Shown here one piece after another: positions 1 through 12,402 of a stretch of 64,000 nucleotides of DNA. Source of the DNA: Tubulanus polymorphus (lineage: Eukaryota > Animalia > Nemertea); assembly GCF_964204645.1 (NCBI RefSeq), contig NC_134027.1:13610485-13674484 (forward strand), given 5' to 3'. The notes beneath the pieces were generated by a model. It worked only from the letters and a program-made list of their open reading frames with translations. It was not told where the DNA came from and searched no databases. Each line of letters opens with the position of its first letter. Position 1 is the first letter of the stretch. The position numbers and the translations under genes were made by a program.

Positions 1-2650
1 TTAAAAGAGGAGTATGTGAAAGATGAAGTTTTTAATAGAACATTAAATATTTGGAATCACTTTAAGATAGAAAATCATGGAGAATTAGTAGATTTATACT
101 TAAAATCAGATGTTATGATATTGGCTGATATATTTGAACAATTTAGAGAAGTTAATTTAAATCATTTTAATGTTGATCCTTGTTATTGCTACTCTAGTCT
201 TGGTTTAACCTGGCAATGTGGTTTAAAATATACAAATGTAGAATTAGATTTATTAAAAGAACCAGACATGGTTTTATTATTTGAAAAATCAATTAGAGGT
301 GGAATTAGTGGTGTTATGGGAGATAGACATTTTAAAGCAAATGATGAATATAAATTATTGTATATTGATGCAAATAATCTATATGGTTGGGCAATGATGC
401 AACCTCAACCATACAAAAATTCTATATTAACAGAAGTTGAAAATGATGATAAAACTGATTGGGAATGTGCAATTATGGGTTTAAAAGATGAAGCACCAAT
501 TGGTTATTTCTTTGTAGTTGATTTAGACTATCCTGATAACATAAAGTTTAAAACAAGAAACTTACCATATTGCCCAGAACATTTAGCCGTAGATGATAGT
601 TATTTAAGTGAATACCAGAAGAAAATAAAACCGAAAGATCATGTTTTTACAGAAAAATTAATACTTACTCAAAATAATAAATACAATTATATTGTTTATT
701 ATAGAATGTTAAAATTGTATCTAAAACAAGGAATGAAATTAACGAAAGTACATAGATATATTGAATTTAATCAATCGAAGTGGTTAGAAAATATATAGAT
801 TGATAGATTAATACTCAACAGAGAACCAAATCAAAAACAGATTTTTAAAAAGATTTCTTCAAATTAATGAAAAACAGTTTTTATGGAAAAACATGTGAAA
901 ATATTAGAACTAGAAATGATATTGAATAAGTAAATAATTCTGAACGATTAAGACATTTACAATCAAGTCCTAGACATTTAGGAAATAAAAGATTTGAAGA
1001 TTATTTAACAGCAGTAAAATTAAAAAGAACGTCAATGGAATTTAATAAACCTTTATTCATTGGTTCAACTTTGTTAGAAGTATCAAAATGTACGATTTTT
1101 ATTATAATGTTTTACAACCTCTTTTTAGGGAAAAGCATATTGAAATATTATATTTTGATTCTGTTACAGCTGACACCCCAATATTATTAAAATGTAATGA
1201 TAAAATATTGATAAGAAGAATTTCAGAAATAATTCCAAAGCAAAAGGAACGTTATATTTCATATGGTGAAAAAGAATCAATACAAATATATGGATTAATG
1301 GATGTTTGGACAAGAAATGGATGGAAAAAATTAAAGAATATTATTAGGCATAAAACAAATAAGAAAATCTATAGAGTTAGAACTAAATTAGGGTTAGTAG
1401 ATGTTACAGAAGATCATAGTTTAATTAAACGAAATGGTGATGAAATAAAACCAACTGATATAATAATTGGAGATGAATTATTACATAAAAGATTTTTCCA
1501 AAGAATGAATCATATGTCATTTGTTGAAATAATTGATAATATTTATAATATAGAACCCGAAACATTAGAAGAAAAAGAATATTTTATCAAAGGATTTTTT
1601 TATGGGAGATGGTTCAGCAGGTGTATATTATTATGTTTGGGGTAATAAATATTGTTGGTATGTATGCAATCAAGATTTGAAATTATTAGAAAGAATAAAG
1701 AAATATTGTGAAGAAGTTTATTCGCACAAAGTTTTCAAAATCATAGATGTTATGAAATCATCGCAATGTTATAGAATACATGTGAATAATCCTAACGAAT
1801 TCTATATTCATGCAATAGTGATAAGTAATACTTCAACCAAAGAAAAGATAGTTCCAGATTATGTATTAAATGCAAAATATAATTCAAGAAAATGGTTCTT
1901 CATTGGATTTTATGCAGCAGATGGTTCAAAAACCGCAAAACAATATCTTTAGCTCAGAAAGGAAAATGTGCAATAAGTGGGTTAAATGTGTTATGTAGTT
2001 CATTAGGTTTTAATATGAATATTGCATTGATTAAATCTAAACCAAATTGCTTTAATTTAAGCCATGTAGAAAATGAGATAACTGAAGAAGTTAGAGATTT
2101 ATTTGAAATATATAACCCAACAGATTATGTTTATGATTTATCAACTGAAGATGGAACATTTAACTGTTGATTTCCATTAATAGCGGTCAATACGGTTGCG
2201 TACATACTAAAAATCAAGACAAATGACATAACAAAAGACTTAAAAACATTAAAACATCATTTTGACTTTAGCAATTATCCAAAAGATCATGAACTATTTA
2301 GCAATGATAATAAAAAGCAGCCTGGTAAGTTTAAAGATGAATTAGGGGGTGATGAAATGATTGAATGTTTTGGGATAAGAAGTAAAATGTATAGTTATAG
2401 AACAAAAGATCATGAAGCTAAAAAGTTAAAAGGAATAACAAAGCATGTGGTTGATAAACAATAGAATTTCAAGATTATATAAAGTGTTTATATAACTCAA
2501 TTGTAATGAAACATAAAATGAATTGTTTAAGATCAGAAGATCACGAGATGTACATTAATGAAGTTGAAAAAACTAGTTTAAATCCGTTCGATGATAAAAG
2601 ATATATTTTGGGTGATGGAATAAAAACATTATCTTATGGCCATTTAAACA
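1..2650 (+). pseudogene. Protein-primed family B DNA polymerase (pPolB), disrupted, intein-containing
   Basis: Exo-III-like YLKSDV; motif A LLYIDANNLYGWAM; motif B KLMKNSFYGK (861-890); motif C YFD|intein|T; C-terminus FDFSNYPKDH..PGKFKDE..GIRSKMYS..KKLKGI..LNPFDDKRY; several frameshifts and stops. Confidence 0.93.
1160..2191 (+). mobile_element. Intein (Hint splicing domain plus LAGLIDADG homing endonuclease) inserted in pPolB motif C
   Basis: Block A SVTADTPILL right after YFD; block B RVRTKLGLVDVTEDHSLI (TxxH); endonuclease motifs FIKGFF.GDGS and FFIGFYAADGS; block F DYVYDLSTEDGTFNC; terminal Asn 2189-2191 followed by Thr, then polymerase sequence resumes. Two frameshifts and one TGA (2168). 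Confidence 0.9.
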
Positions 2651-3076
2651 TAAAATCAATATCATCATACTTGAAATCACTACTGGTTTCTTCAATTTTA
2701 TTTAATTGTTTAGGTTCTTCCATTTCATTTTTCTCAGTTAAATAAAATTCTATATTATTCCACATTTCATTTCGCTCTCTTTGTTTCTTTTTGTTTGTTA
2801 ATTCATCAAATGGAATTATAATATCGATGTTTAAAAAATTTACGATCTTATTTAAAAAGAATTCATAATAATTAATTGAATCTGTTATTTTATTATCCTC
2901 ATAATATCTTAATATTTTTGTGAATGTTTCTTTTATATTTTCGATATCTTCTTCTGTTAATTTAGGTTTTTTATAATAATCGTTAAATAATAAATATAAA
3001 TACATTTCCTTTTTTTGTGTGTTACATGTTGATGGAATAATTGTTTTTATTATATCTTTCTTAGTTATTTCACCAT
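2634..3076 (-). pseudogene. Maverick accessory ORF, unknown function
   Basis: 123-aa ORF convergent on pPolB; probable original start at 3076 (TAAAATG) with frameshift. Confidence 0.45.
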
Positions 3077-3410
3077 TTTATTTTCTATTATTTTCATTTT
3101 TTCAAGCCATTGCTTATATTCTGGTGTATGATCTTCCATAGAAAATATTTTAAAAATTTCATCTAGATATTTTAATTTTGGTTCTATGGGAAAATCTCTA
3201 GTTTTTTCATCACCCCATAAATTTTTTTGCCATCCACATTCGTTACAAAATATTACAGAATTTTCTTGTCTTAAGTACTCATAAATACATTGTGGGCATT
3301 TTTTCTATCATATCTTGGTAATAGATCTTCATTAAGTTCTTGGTATTTACTTACGTTTTCTTTATGATTTATTGTTCTATTATGTAGATTCAAATTACTT
3401 GTTGTAATAA

Positions 3411-3746
3411 TCAATTTTCAGGGCTATATTTTATTCGACAAGGCTCACAGAAATGATCTTTTATATTATTCTTATCATAAAATAAGAATGGTCTTTTCCA
3501 AATAATTTCAGGTTCAGTTTCAACAGAATTATTATTACTTTCGTTACTTTCAACATTAACCGTTGTGTCATTAATTTTACACTTCTCTGAATGTTTTTTA
3601 ACATAATTTCTTGAGAATAATTTATTAGAATTTGGGCAGTTTATTTTAGGGGGTTTGTAATTTGTATCATGTTTTTTCATATGTCGAGCCATATTACTTT
3701 TTCTTTGAAGTTCACCACAAATTTCACATGGTATCTTCTCATCCAT
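3411..3746 (-). CDS. C2H2 zinc-finger-containing viral ORF (probably frameshifted at its 3' end)
   Basis: CEICGELQRKSNMARHMKKH and a second degenerate finger; starts at ATAAATG. Confidence 0.65.
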   Translation of the reverse strand: MDEKIPCEICGELQRKSNMARHMKKHDTNYKPPKINCPNSNKLFSRNYVKKHSEKCKINDTTVNVESNESNNNSVETEPEIIWKRPFLFYDKNNIKDHFCEPCRIKYSPEN

Positions 3747-3813
3747 TTATTAAGGAAAAATTTTATCAAAATTAATTTTTAGTGATGCGAGGTAATTTTT
3801 TGTGTTATGAATA

Positions 3814-4560
3814 ATGGGTGAATTAAAAGAATATCGAATATTTGTTGAATCTAGAAAACTTACAAATTGTAAATCACATAATTTACTACTACAATTAGAT
3901 AGATAATTTAAAAATTGTGTAGATTTGAAATTAGTAAATGTAAGTTTATGTAACTCTTTTTATAATGTATCAGATAAAACTGATGAACAACGAGTAATAG
4001 TAAATGGCCTCATCTTATGCTAACACCAGGATCATATAATTTAGAAACATTAGCGAAAGAAATTAATAGAAAAGCTAAGATTAGGTAGTGAGTCTAGACT
4101 TAATATTAGATTTATAAAAAGTGAGAGTTCTAATAAAATTAAAATAAAGTTTGATGATGAAAGTGAAAAAAATGATATAGGGATAAAAACATATGCTTAC
4201 GGGGTAAAAAACCTTTAGCTAAACTGTTAGAATTCCTCCAGATAAAATTATTGTTAGAGGAAACATAGAAAGTAGATCAAATTTAATGCCTTTTACACAC
4301 TTTTATATTTATTGCAATTTAATTGATCCTACAAAAAAGTTTGAAGCAACTAAAGATTCAACTTGTAATTCCAGTATAATGAATATTTTACCATGAAAAA
4401 TGTTAAACAATTTGTAACACAAATAAACTATAATTTTACTGAATGTGGTTTCAAGCCTTTTATTTCAAAATTTAATACTTTTAAATTAGAAATCATAATG
4501 GTTACTTAATTGATTTAAATAACTTTCCTGTAATTTATGAATTAGTTTTAAGATGTAAAG
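3814..4560 (+). pseudogene. Minor capsid (penton)-like protein, disrupted
   Basis: Manual translation: LKLVNVSLCNSFYNVS, TPGSYNLETLAKEIN, FYIYCNLID, LIDLNNFPVIYELVL resemble Polinton minor capsid motifs; many frameshifts. Confidence 0.55.
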
Positions 4561-4581
4561 AGTTATTTTCTTACTTTATAA

Positions 4582-4959
4582 ATGAATATAACTGTTGGGC
4601 CGAGCATATGTTTTGGCTTTGATTTTAAACGTGTGAAAGAAATGAAATTTAACATTAATGATGTAATTACGCATATTAAAAATATTGCATTTTCTAGTGA
4701 AACAACATTTGAGTATGAAAAAACAATAGATAAAGAAACTTTTAATTTAGAAAAGATTACCGATTTAATTAGAGAATCTTTAAGATTTTATGAATTAGAT
4801 GAAGATTTTATCATTGATGATATTAAAAGAATAATAACTGAAATATATGAAAATGAAACTAATAATATTATAAATGTTGAAAAAATTATAACTAAGATAA
4901 CTAAATATTTTGAAGATAGTAATTTTTTTCAAAATAAATGGCGGATCAGAAGTGGATAA
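4582..4959 (+). CDS. Hypothetical Maverick protein
   Basis: 125-aa ORF starting at ATAAATG. Confidence 0.5.
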   Translation: MNITVGPSICFGFDFKRVKEMKFNINDVITHIKNIAFSSETTFEYEKTIDKETFNLEKITDLIRESLRFYELDEDFIIDDIKRIITEIYENETNNIINVEKIITKITKYFEDSNFFQNKWRIRSG

Positions 4960-5160
4960 TAACTGGTTTAAATAATGGAGCATTATTATCAGTTGGAACT
5001 GTTGGTTATACAATGGTATTAAAAAAAAGTATTTAGAATGGGAAGTATTAATGTTGATAGATTTGATATTAATGATATTTTAAAATTAACGTTAGCAGTT
5101 ACTTTATCTAATCAAACAATTGATCATTTGGAAAAACAAAAATATATTCCTCCCATATAA
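4938..5160 (+). pseudogene. Small hydrophobic protein, frameshifted in an A-run
   Basis: MADQKWIITGLNNGALLSVGTVGYTMVLKK / VFRMG..FDINDILKLTLAVTLSNQTIDHLEKQKYIPPI*; ATAAATG start. Confidence 0.55.
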
Positions 5161-5184
5161 ATGCATAATTGTTTTGCTAAATAA

Positions 5185-6775
5185 ATGGCATCTGCAATTA
5201 CAACTATTATAGGATCGGCAATTGTTAACGCTTTGGCATTTACAGGTGGTGGTTATTTATTCAAGCATATTGATAAAAATAGTTCATTAGGAGAACAAAG
5301 AAGACATAACTTAGCATTTGAAAAATATAATAAAGCTGCAGAAGAATATAGAGAAAAGAGACAAAACTATATGGATTATATTAACAAAGAATTATATGAT
5401 CAGAAAATTACACAGAGATTTTCAATCAGTTGATGAAGCTATGAGTTTATATAACGCAGTAACATACAAGAAAATTAATTTTAGAAAATTATTTGACGCC
5501 TGGGGAAAAATGTAGAATTTCTGGGCTAAGCTAATGTGGAATTGCAAATTTGAAATCGAAGTTTTAAGAAATTTGGGGAATGATGAGATTTGGCGATTGG
5601 GTAGATGATACAGGTCTTCGACTCTAGTAGTGGTTTAAATTTTTTTATTGAAAATTCTCAATAATTGATCGCGAACTTGTGACCGACTTCATTTACTTAT
5701 GTCTCTAAGCTGGTCTGCAACTTCATTGCCTCCATGGATGAAGAAAGAGCTCTTCTGATGTCTGCTTCATCATGACTTCGAGCATATCGTGTGGCTTAGC
5801 CAGCCGGCCCGGGCCACGGGTTTGGCTGTCACTCGATATCCTAGAGTCTTGAGTCTGGGTGGGTTGAAGTAGACATTGTCATTTAAAATAACATGCTTAT
5901 GTTGTTCTGTATGAATTACCCGTGTGTCATGTATGTTGTATTAATTTATTTTAAAATTTGTATTTATTGAATTTGGGAATTTTATCCCGGAATTTCAATG
6001 TAATAAGGATCAATAAAGAATTGAATTGAATTGTCACCTAATACACATGCCATCAGAGGACACGGAGCCGTATATGACAGCTATGCTATTATAAATTGCT
6101 AATCTCACTAAACTTGCATACTCCTAATATCAAACATATTTTCTAAAACGTTTGAATATTGAAATTATATGTTTACACATTTTCATATTGACCGCTTGTA
6201 GCCGCTGATGAAATTCACGCTTGCCCTACACACACCGTAGATAGCTTCGTCATTCCACCGGCATGCCCACGTCAGGGTCTGACTTTTATATCAGACTTCC
6301 GCATCGTGTATACATCCGCCATTTAACCGAATAATCCGATTTACTTATCATTTCTATTTATGCCTGCCGCTTCTGATATAATCATACATCCTTTACTATT
6401 ACAATACGTCTTCTAATGATATTCAATGCAATATAACATTTCGACGTTCAAATATAGGTCATTATATAATCACAGGAAGCCATTCTACATCTATGTCAAT
6501 AATATTTTGCAAGATAGCTTGTTTGTGTACACATAAACCTGTGACGTTTTGCACATCGATTTACGGCTGTCGTTTGTAAAATGACGCTGAATGGTTAGCA
6601 TTGTTTAGGTTTCATAATGGTAACGTTTTATAAGGCGTCAAAAAAATTACATTTATACAAACCTAAATTATCAGATTATTATACCCCAAGTAGTGAACAG
6701 AAGAAATATGAAATAATTTGGATTTTAGGTGGAACAGTTATTGTTATATTTGTAGCATATAAATTTACAAATTAG
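5185..6775 (+). pseudogene. Small protein with hydrophobic ends and coiled-coil middle, split by an insertion
   Basis: N-terminus MASAITTIIGSAIVNALAFTGGGYLF; removing 5492-6642 and one TSD copy restores ..INFRKLHLYKPKLSDYYTPSSEQKKYEIIWILGGTVIVIFVAYKFTN*. Confidence 0.7.
5492..6642. mobile_element. Non-autonomous TIR element inserted in the Maverick
   Basis: 10-bp TIR TTTGACGCCT / AGGCGTCAAA, flanking direct repeat AAAATTA (5485-5491, 6643-6649), higher GC than flanks. Confidence 0.8.
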
Positions 6776-6794
6776 TAATTTTTTTTCTAAATAA

Positions 6795-7175
6795 ATGGGT
6801 GATAAAGTTGATAATGTTGATATTATTCCTCATGACATAAATAAAACTAAATTAAACTTAATTATTTTTAAAATCTAAAATTATATATTTTTTATTATTA
6901 GTGGTTCAGTTACAATAAGTTCTGTTATAACATTTTTAGCAATATTCTCACCATTAACACCTTTAGCTATATCAATTGGTGTGTTAGGATTAAGTTCAAG
7001 TGTATTGACCGGCATAAGTTCAAAATTTAATATAAAAGGAAATAAAGAAAAAATAAAATCTAATATAAAAGAAATTAATAAATTAAAAAATACATTAGAT
7101 TATATTATTAGTTTAAATGGTAATGTAACAGTTGAAGAACGAGATAAATTATTAAAAGAATTAATTAATTATTAA
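6795..7175 (+). pseudogene. Putative two-TM membrane protein, frameshifted
   Basis: ATAAATG start; hydrophobic stretch (..ISGSVTISSVITFLAIFSPLTPLAISIGVLGLSSSVLTGIS..) then charged tail. Confidence 0.5.
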
Positions 7176-7191
7176 TTTTTTGATTATATAA

Positions 7192-8572
7192 ATGGCAATT
7201 AGTTTTCCAAAAGCTTTTCAATATAATAAATCAATTAGATATAATATTCCTGAAATAGATTTTAATAAAGATATTTCATATAGAAACGAAGTTTTAGATT
7301 CATTAATTAATTTAGATATTTATGTTACTGAAACTAATAATTCTAATGCAAAGATGGAAAATATATTTCATGTATATTTAATTGATTTAAAAAAAATGAA
7401 AGATGAAAAACAATGGTTATTAAAATCTAATATGAAGTATTGACAGAACCAATTAAATTTTGCAGTTTATTGTGCAACAACAGGTTGTGGAATTAGTTGA
7501 ATGATCATTTGAATAATTCTAAATATAAATTAATTCGAAGTTTATTTAGATTCCATACTTATTTTCAAATAAGATTAATATTAAATGAATTAGAGACTCC
7601 TTTACCAGGATCTAGCTATTTTAAAGAATTAGATAATAATAATAATTTATCAAAGTTTTATAAAATTTGTAATGAATTTAATATAGATATAAATAATTCT
7701 GATTTTAGAAAAAAACTTGGAACAATAAGATCACTTCCTTGTCCTAAAAAGAGTGCAGAATATTGTGCACTTCCCATACCATCTAATAGCTTTTATAATA
7801 TCTATAATAATAAATTAGGTTATTGTAAAATAGAAACTAAGGATTTAGAAACATTAAATTTCAATCAATTACCGAAATTCTATGATAATTTAAAACAAGA
7901 AAACAATAATGGTTGGGTTTATTTTATTTTAGAAAATAGTGAAGGTTTTACCAAGCCTGGTATACAAAGAATAAATCAATCAATTAGAACTTATTTGATA
8001 TGTATTCTATGATCACAGGTTGAAACAAGATCCCCAATAATTGGAAATTTAAATACACCATTTGATACACAAAAACAATTTAAAGTATTATTTGAAGATT
8101 CAATTCATAATGATAAAAATAGATCGATTCCAGAAAATATTTTAAGATATCAAAATTATTTAGATAAATCACATGTAAGATTAGATTATTGTATAGGCCC
8201 TAATTTGTTAATTATTTCAAATGATTTAATATTAAAAATGGGAAATATAATTGGTTATGATAATCTAATTAAAACTGCAACAATAAATAATAAGTTTGGA
8301 TTAAATGATATAAATAAAAAGATTATTACTTCTCCAAAACTAATGAAAGGTGAAAAAATTAAAAAACATATTCAATCAACAGAAACTAAAACTAAAATAT
8401 TAAATTGGATAATGATTCTAAAATAAAAGATTACAATACTACAGTAAATATTAAAACTGATAATATTCAACATGAAATAATTAAAACTAATAATGATAAT
8501 AAATCCCATGAAAATACTAAATTAGCTATTACTTGTATAGGAATTGTAATAGGAGGAATATTTTATTTTTAA
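7192..8572 (+). pseudogene. Maverick structural-cluster protein of unknown function, disrupted
   Basis: ORFs 7192-7443, 7497-8012 and 8205-8426 are one frame broken by TGA stops (..QNQLNFAVYCATTGCGISLNDHL..); C-terminal hydrophobic tail. Confidence 0.6.
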
Positions 8573-8595
8573 TTTTAATTTTTTTTATTAGATAA

Positions 8596-9970
8596 ATGGA
8601 TGTAGAAGGTGGAGAAGATATTGGTATGGATACTTTTGATGAACCCGGCATAACTGAAGAACAACCGCCTAATTTTAGTGAAACAAGTTTTAATGGCGGT
8701 AATGAGCCAGAATATGATAATGATTTAAATATGCCTGATTATATCAAAAATGCAGAATCACAATTAAATCCTGAAAATTTAGATCCAGATTTAGTAAAAC
8801 AAGATTTAGATAATTTAAACAAAGTACCTAAATTAGAACGTATAATTGAAAATTCTAAATTGAAATTATTAGATACTGGAAAGGTGATTATTATATTGAT
8901 ATCACTTATAAAAATAATAAAAATAAAATATTAACAAAATCAACTTTGAGTGATTTAGATCCAGATAGAATTTTAATAATTAGTAATAGTAATGTAATAA
9001 CTGATGTTTTAAAACAAGAATTAACTGATAATGATATAGACGTATTTAAACAAAGAATTAATGAATTATTTGAAATAACCAAAAAGAAATCAGAAACAGA
9101 AACAACTTCTGAACAGAATATAACTTCCAAAACTAGTAAACTTAAACCACATAAAGTTTCAATTGAAAAACTTTTACGGAATGGATTAATTAATACAAAA
9201 GATCAACGATTAGAATATTTAAATATATTTTCTGATAAAGCAATTAGAGAAATTATTAGTATAAGAAATAAAGTTGATAAATTTGCACATGATAAAAGTA
9301 TAAGAGATTTTAAAATTAGAACTTTAGAAAAAGATAGAACTGATAAAATTAATGAAATAGAACAATTAAAATTAGATAGAGATAATAAAGTTATTGCAGA
9401 AATTCAATTTAAAAAAAAAAATGCACATTTAGAAAAAGAAAAAGATGATTTAGAATATAACATAGAATTACAGAGAGAAGAAATGAAATTACTATCAAAA
9501 TCATATGATTATAATATTAATAGATTAAAAGTTATTTTTAAAGATTTGTTAATAAAACCAAATTCTGAAATATCATTGAAAGATAGAATAAAATTATTAT
9601 TTAAACTAGAAGGTATCACAATTCTTTCAATTCTAACAGCCGTAACTATGTTATTTACAACAATTGGTTTAGCAATATCAAATTCATTAAAAACTACGCC
9701 TACACCCAATAAACCGGATAAACCATCAAATAATAATACTTCTATACAAGATAAAGTTAAAGATGGTTTAAAGAAATTAGCAAAATATCTATGGGAACTA
9801 TCTAAAAAATCTGCTGCAGCTTTACCAGGAATTATTGCATCAATTGTTGGTTTTGTTTTAAAATCTGCTGGGAATATTCTTAACTTTGCTGCTGAACATA
9901 TTATTTTTATTTTTAATTACAATTGTTAGTGCCACTATTTTTGGGTTAGTGAATATGATAAAAAATAAAT
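8596..9970 (+). pseudogene. Large acidic / coiled-coil protein with C-terminal hydrophobic helices
   Basis: ORFs 8596-8934 and 8946-9929; GITILSILTAVTMLFTTIGLAI and AALPGIIASIVGFVLKSAG segments. Confidence 0.6.
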
Positions 9971-9993
9971 AATTAATTTTTTTTGTCATATAA

Positions 9994-11230
9994 ATGAGTG
10001 GGAGTTATATAAATCCTTCTAAGAATTCTAGAATATCTAATGCTATTAAAGCAGAGAGATCTCATCATATAATTACTCATAATCCTTCTAATATTAATCC
10101 TGATGAAACTTTATATGTTAGAATCCCGAGATAAAATACTTTTTATGTTCCAAATAGTATTTATTTATCGGCTGATATAAATGTAACTGGTAATAATAAT
10201 ATTTATATTGTAGATAATGTTGGGAGATATTTGATTAAAAAATTAACTACAAAGATTGGACCAGAAACAGTTTTCTCATTAGATGATCATAATTTATTTA
10301 TGCATTATAAAGATTTACGGTTAACAAAAGAAAATAGAAATAATATGATATTTCAAGGCATCCAATCAGAAAACCATAATAAATTAAGATCAGGAGCTAA
10401 TGACGCAACAGTAACTCGTGCTGCAGATAATTTGATAAAAAAGATTTATGGAAGCAAATATAAAATTCCATTAGATTTTGAATTGAAAAATAATAATGCG
10501 CCTTTATATAAATACGCAATTCAAGAAGATATTATATTCGAGATAACATTTGCTCCTGTTAATGAAATTGTATTATCAAGTGTAGTTAAAGAAAGATGTG
10601 GGTTATGAATTATCGAATATATGTTTAGAATATGATACAGATGAAAATATATCAAGCATAATTCAAACTCAATACAATCAAGGATTTTCATTATTATATG
10701 ATTATATTGATAAATTTAAAACTGTAACTATTAATGCAAATGACGAAATAATTAATGAGAATATTAACTTCCCATGAAGATCTATTAAAGGTATATTAAT
10801 ATTTTTACCATTGCAACATATTCTAATGGTACAATAAATATTGATAATTATTATAATCCTGAAATATCTAAGGTAGAAATGACTATTGAAGGTACAGCAA
10901 ATAAAATATTTTGTCAAGGAATGAGAATGATAGATCAGTGGCCAGAAATTAGAAAACATTTTATGAATGAAAAAGTAAATCATCTGAAAATTGTAATATC
11001 AATCAAATTGATTATTATAACTGCAATAAATATGCATTATGGTTAGATTTTAGAACAACAGAGGATAATTCATTACATGGTTCTGGGAAGAAATTACAGA
11101 ACACTAAAGATGGAATACAATTATTCATGAAAAAGAAAAAAGGAGACAAAAATTTCAAAATGCACATTTATATCATATCTGACGAGCAATTAAATATTAT
11201 AAATTCTCAATTAGATAGTATTCAATATAG
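9994..11230 (+). pseudogene. Major capsid protein-like gene (about 410 aa), disrupted
   Basis: ATAAATG start; HIITHNPSNINPDETLYVRIP..KYKIPLDFEL..IIFEITFA..NICLEYD..NFP.RSIKGILIF..YALWLDFRT..LHGSG..IISDEQLNI; size, beta-rich pattern and position fit a double jelly-roll MCP (inferred). Confidence 0.62.
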
Positions 11231-11261
11231 GAAATATAAAGTTAAAATTAACGATATATAA

Positions 11262-12402
11262 ATGGGGGGTAAAAAAAACTCCTAATACTAAAGAACAATA
11301 TTTAAGAAATTTATATTACAACCCTGAGAGTTCGGTTGCTTATTCTTCTACCAGAAATATATGGCGTCAAGTAAAACAAGATAAATTAGATAAGATAATC
11401 CCACAAAATTTAGTTAAATATAAAGATATAAGTGAATTTATGTTAGAACAACCAACATATACAACACATAAAAAAATTGTTAGAAAATATAAAACTCGTA
11501 AAACTATGGTAAGTTATGTAGATCAACAGTGGCAAGGATTGATATTGGATTGATTTAATTGATATGAAAAATGTTAAGAAAGATAATGATGATTATTGGT
11601 GGATCTTAAACATAATTGATATTTTTAGTCGTTATGTATGGAGCTTCCCACTTTATAGAAAAGATGCTGCACAAACACAATTAGTTTAGAAAAAAATTAT
11701 TTCAGGTGGTAAAATAAAGCCAGAAAAAATACAATTTGATGATGGAAAAGAATTTGATAATTCAGTAGTTCATGAACTCTTAGATAATCATAATATTGAA
11801 TATTTTTCAACAAAATCGGATAAAAAAGCGGCAGTTGTTGAACATTTAATAGAACATTAAGAACAAGAATGTGGAAATATTTTACAGCAAATAATACTTT
11901 TAAATGGATTGATGTTTTACCAAAATTGATAGAAGTTTATAATAATTCTTATCATTCTTCTATTGGAATGAAACCTATCGATGCTAGAAAACCTGAAAAT
12001 GCTGAAATTGTTTGGAATCATTTATATGGAGCATTTCTTGTAGATGATTTTGGTGAACCTAAATTTAAAGTTGGTCAAAATGTTAGAATGTCTAAGTATA
12101 AAAAGATATTTGACAAAGGATACGATCGTAATTTTACTAGAGAAATATATAAAATAAAAAAGGTAATAACAACAAAACCATATTTCTATAAATTAGAAGA
12201 TTTAGATGGTGAAGAAGTTGATGGGTATTTTTGTGAAGAAGAATTAAGTTTAACTACTGAAAATCTAGAACACGAATATAAAATTTAAAAAGTATTAAAA
12301 ACAAAAACTGTTAATAGAAAAAAATATCCTTTAGTAAAATGGGTTTGATGGCCAGATAAATTTAATGAATGGATATTATCAAGTAAAATTAAAAATATAT
12401 AA
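11262..12402 (+). pseudogene. Retroviral-type (rve) integrase with C-terminal chromodomain, disrupted
   Basis: LYYNPES, YTTHK, QWQ..DLIDM, IDIFSRYVW, IQFDDGKEFDN, AVVE.FNRTLRTRMWKYFT, YNNSYHSSIGMKP, KFKVGQNVR, LVKW..WPDKFNEWI. Confidence 0.9.

Noticed and set aside
7441-8012. In-frame TGA codons in Maverick genes suggesting TGA=Trp recoding
   Set aside because: TAA/TAG stops and many frameshifts also occur and TGG is used normally; consistent with neutral decay
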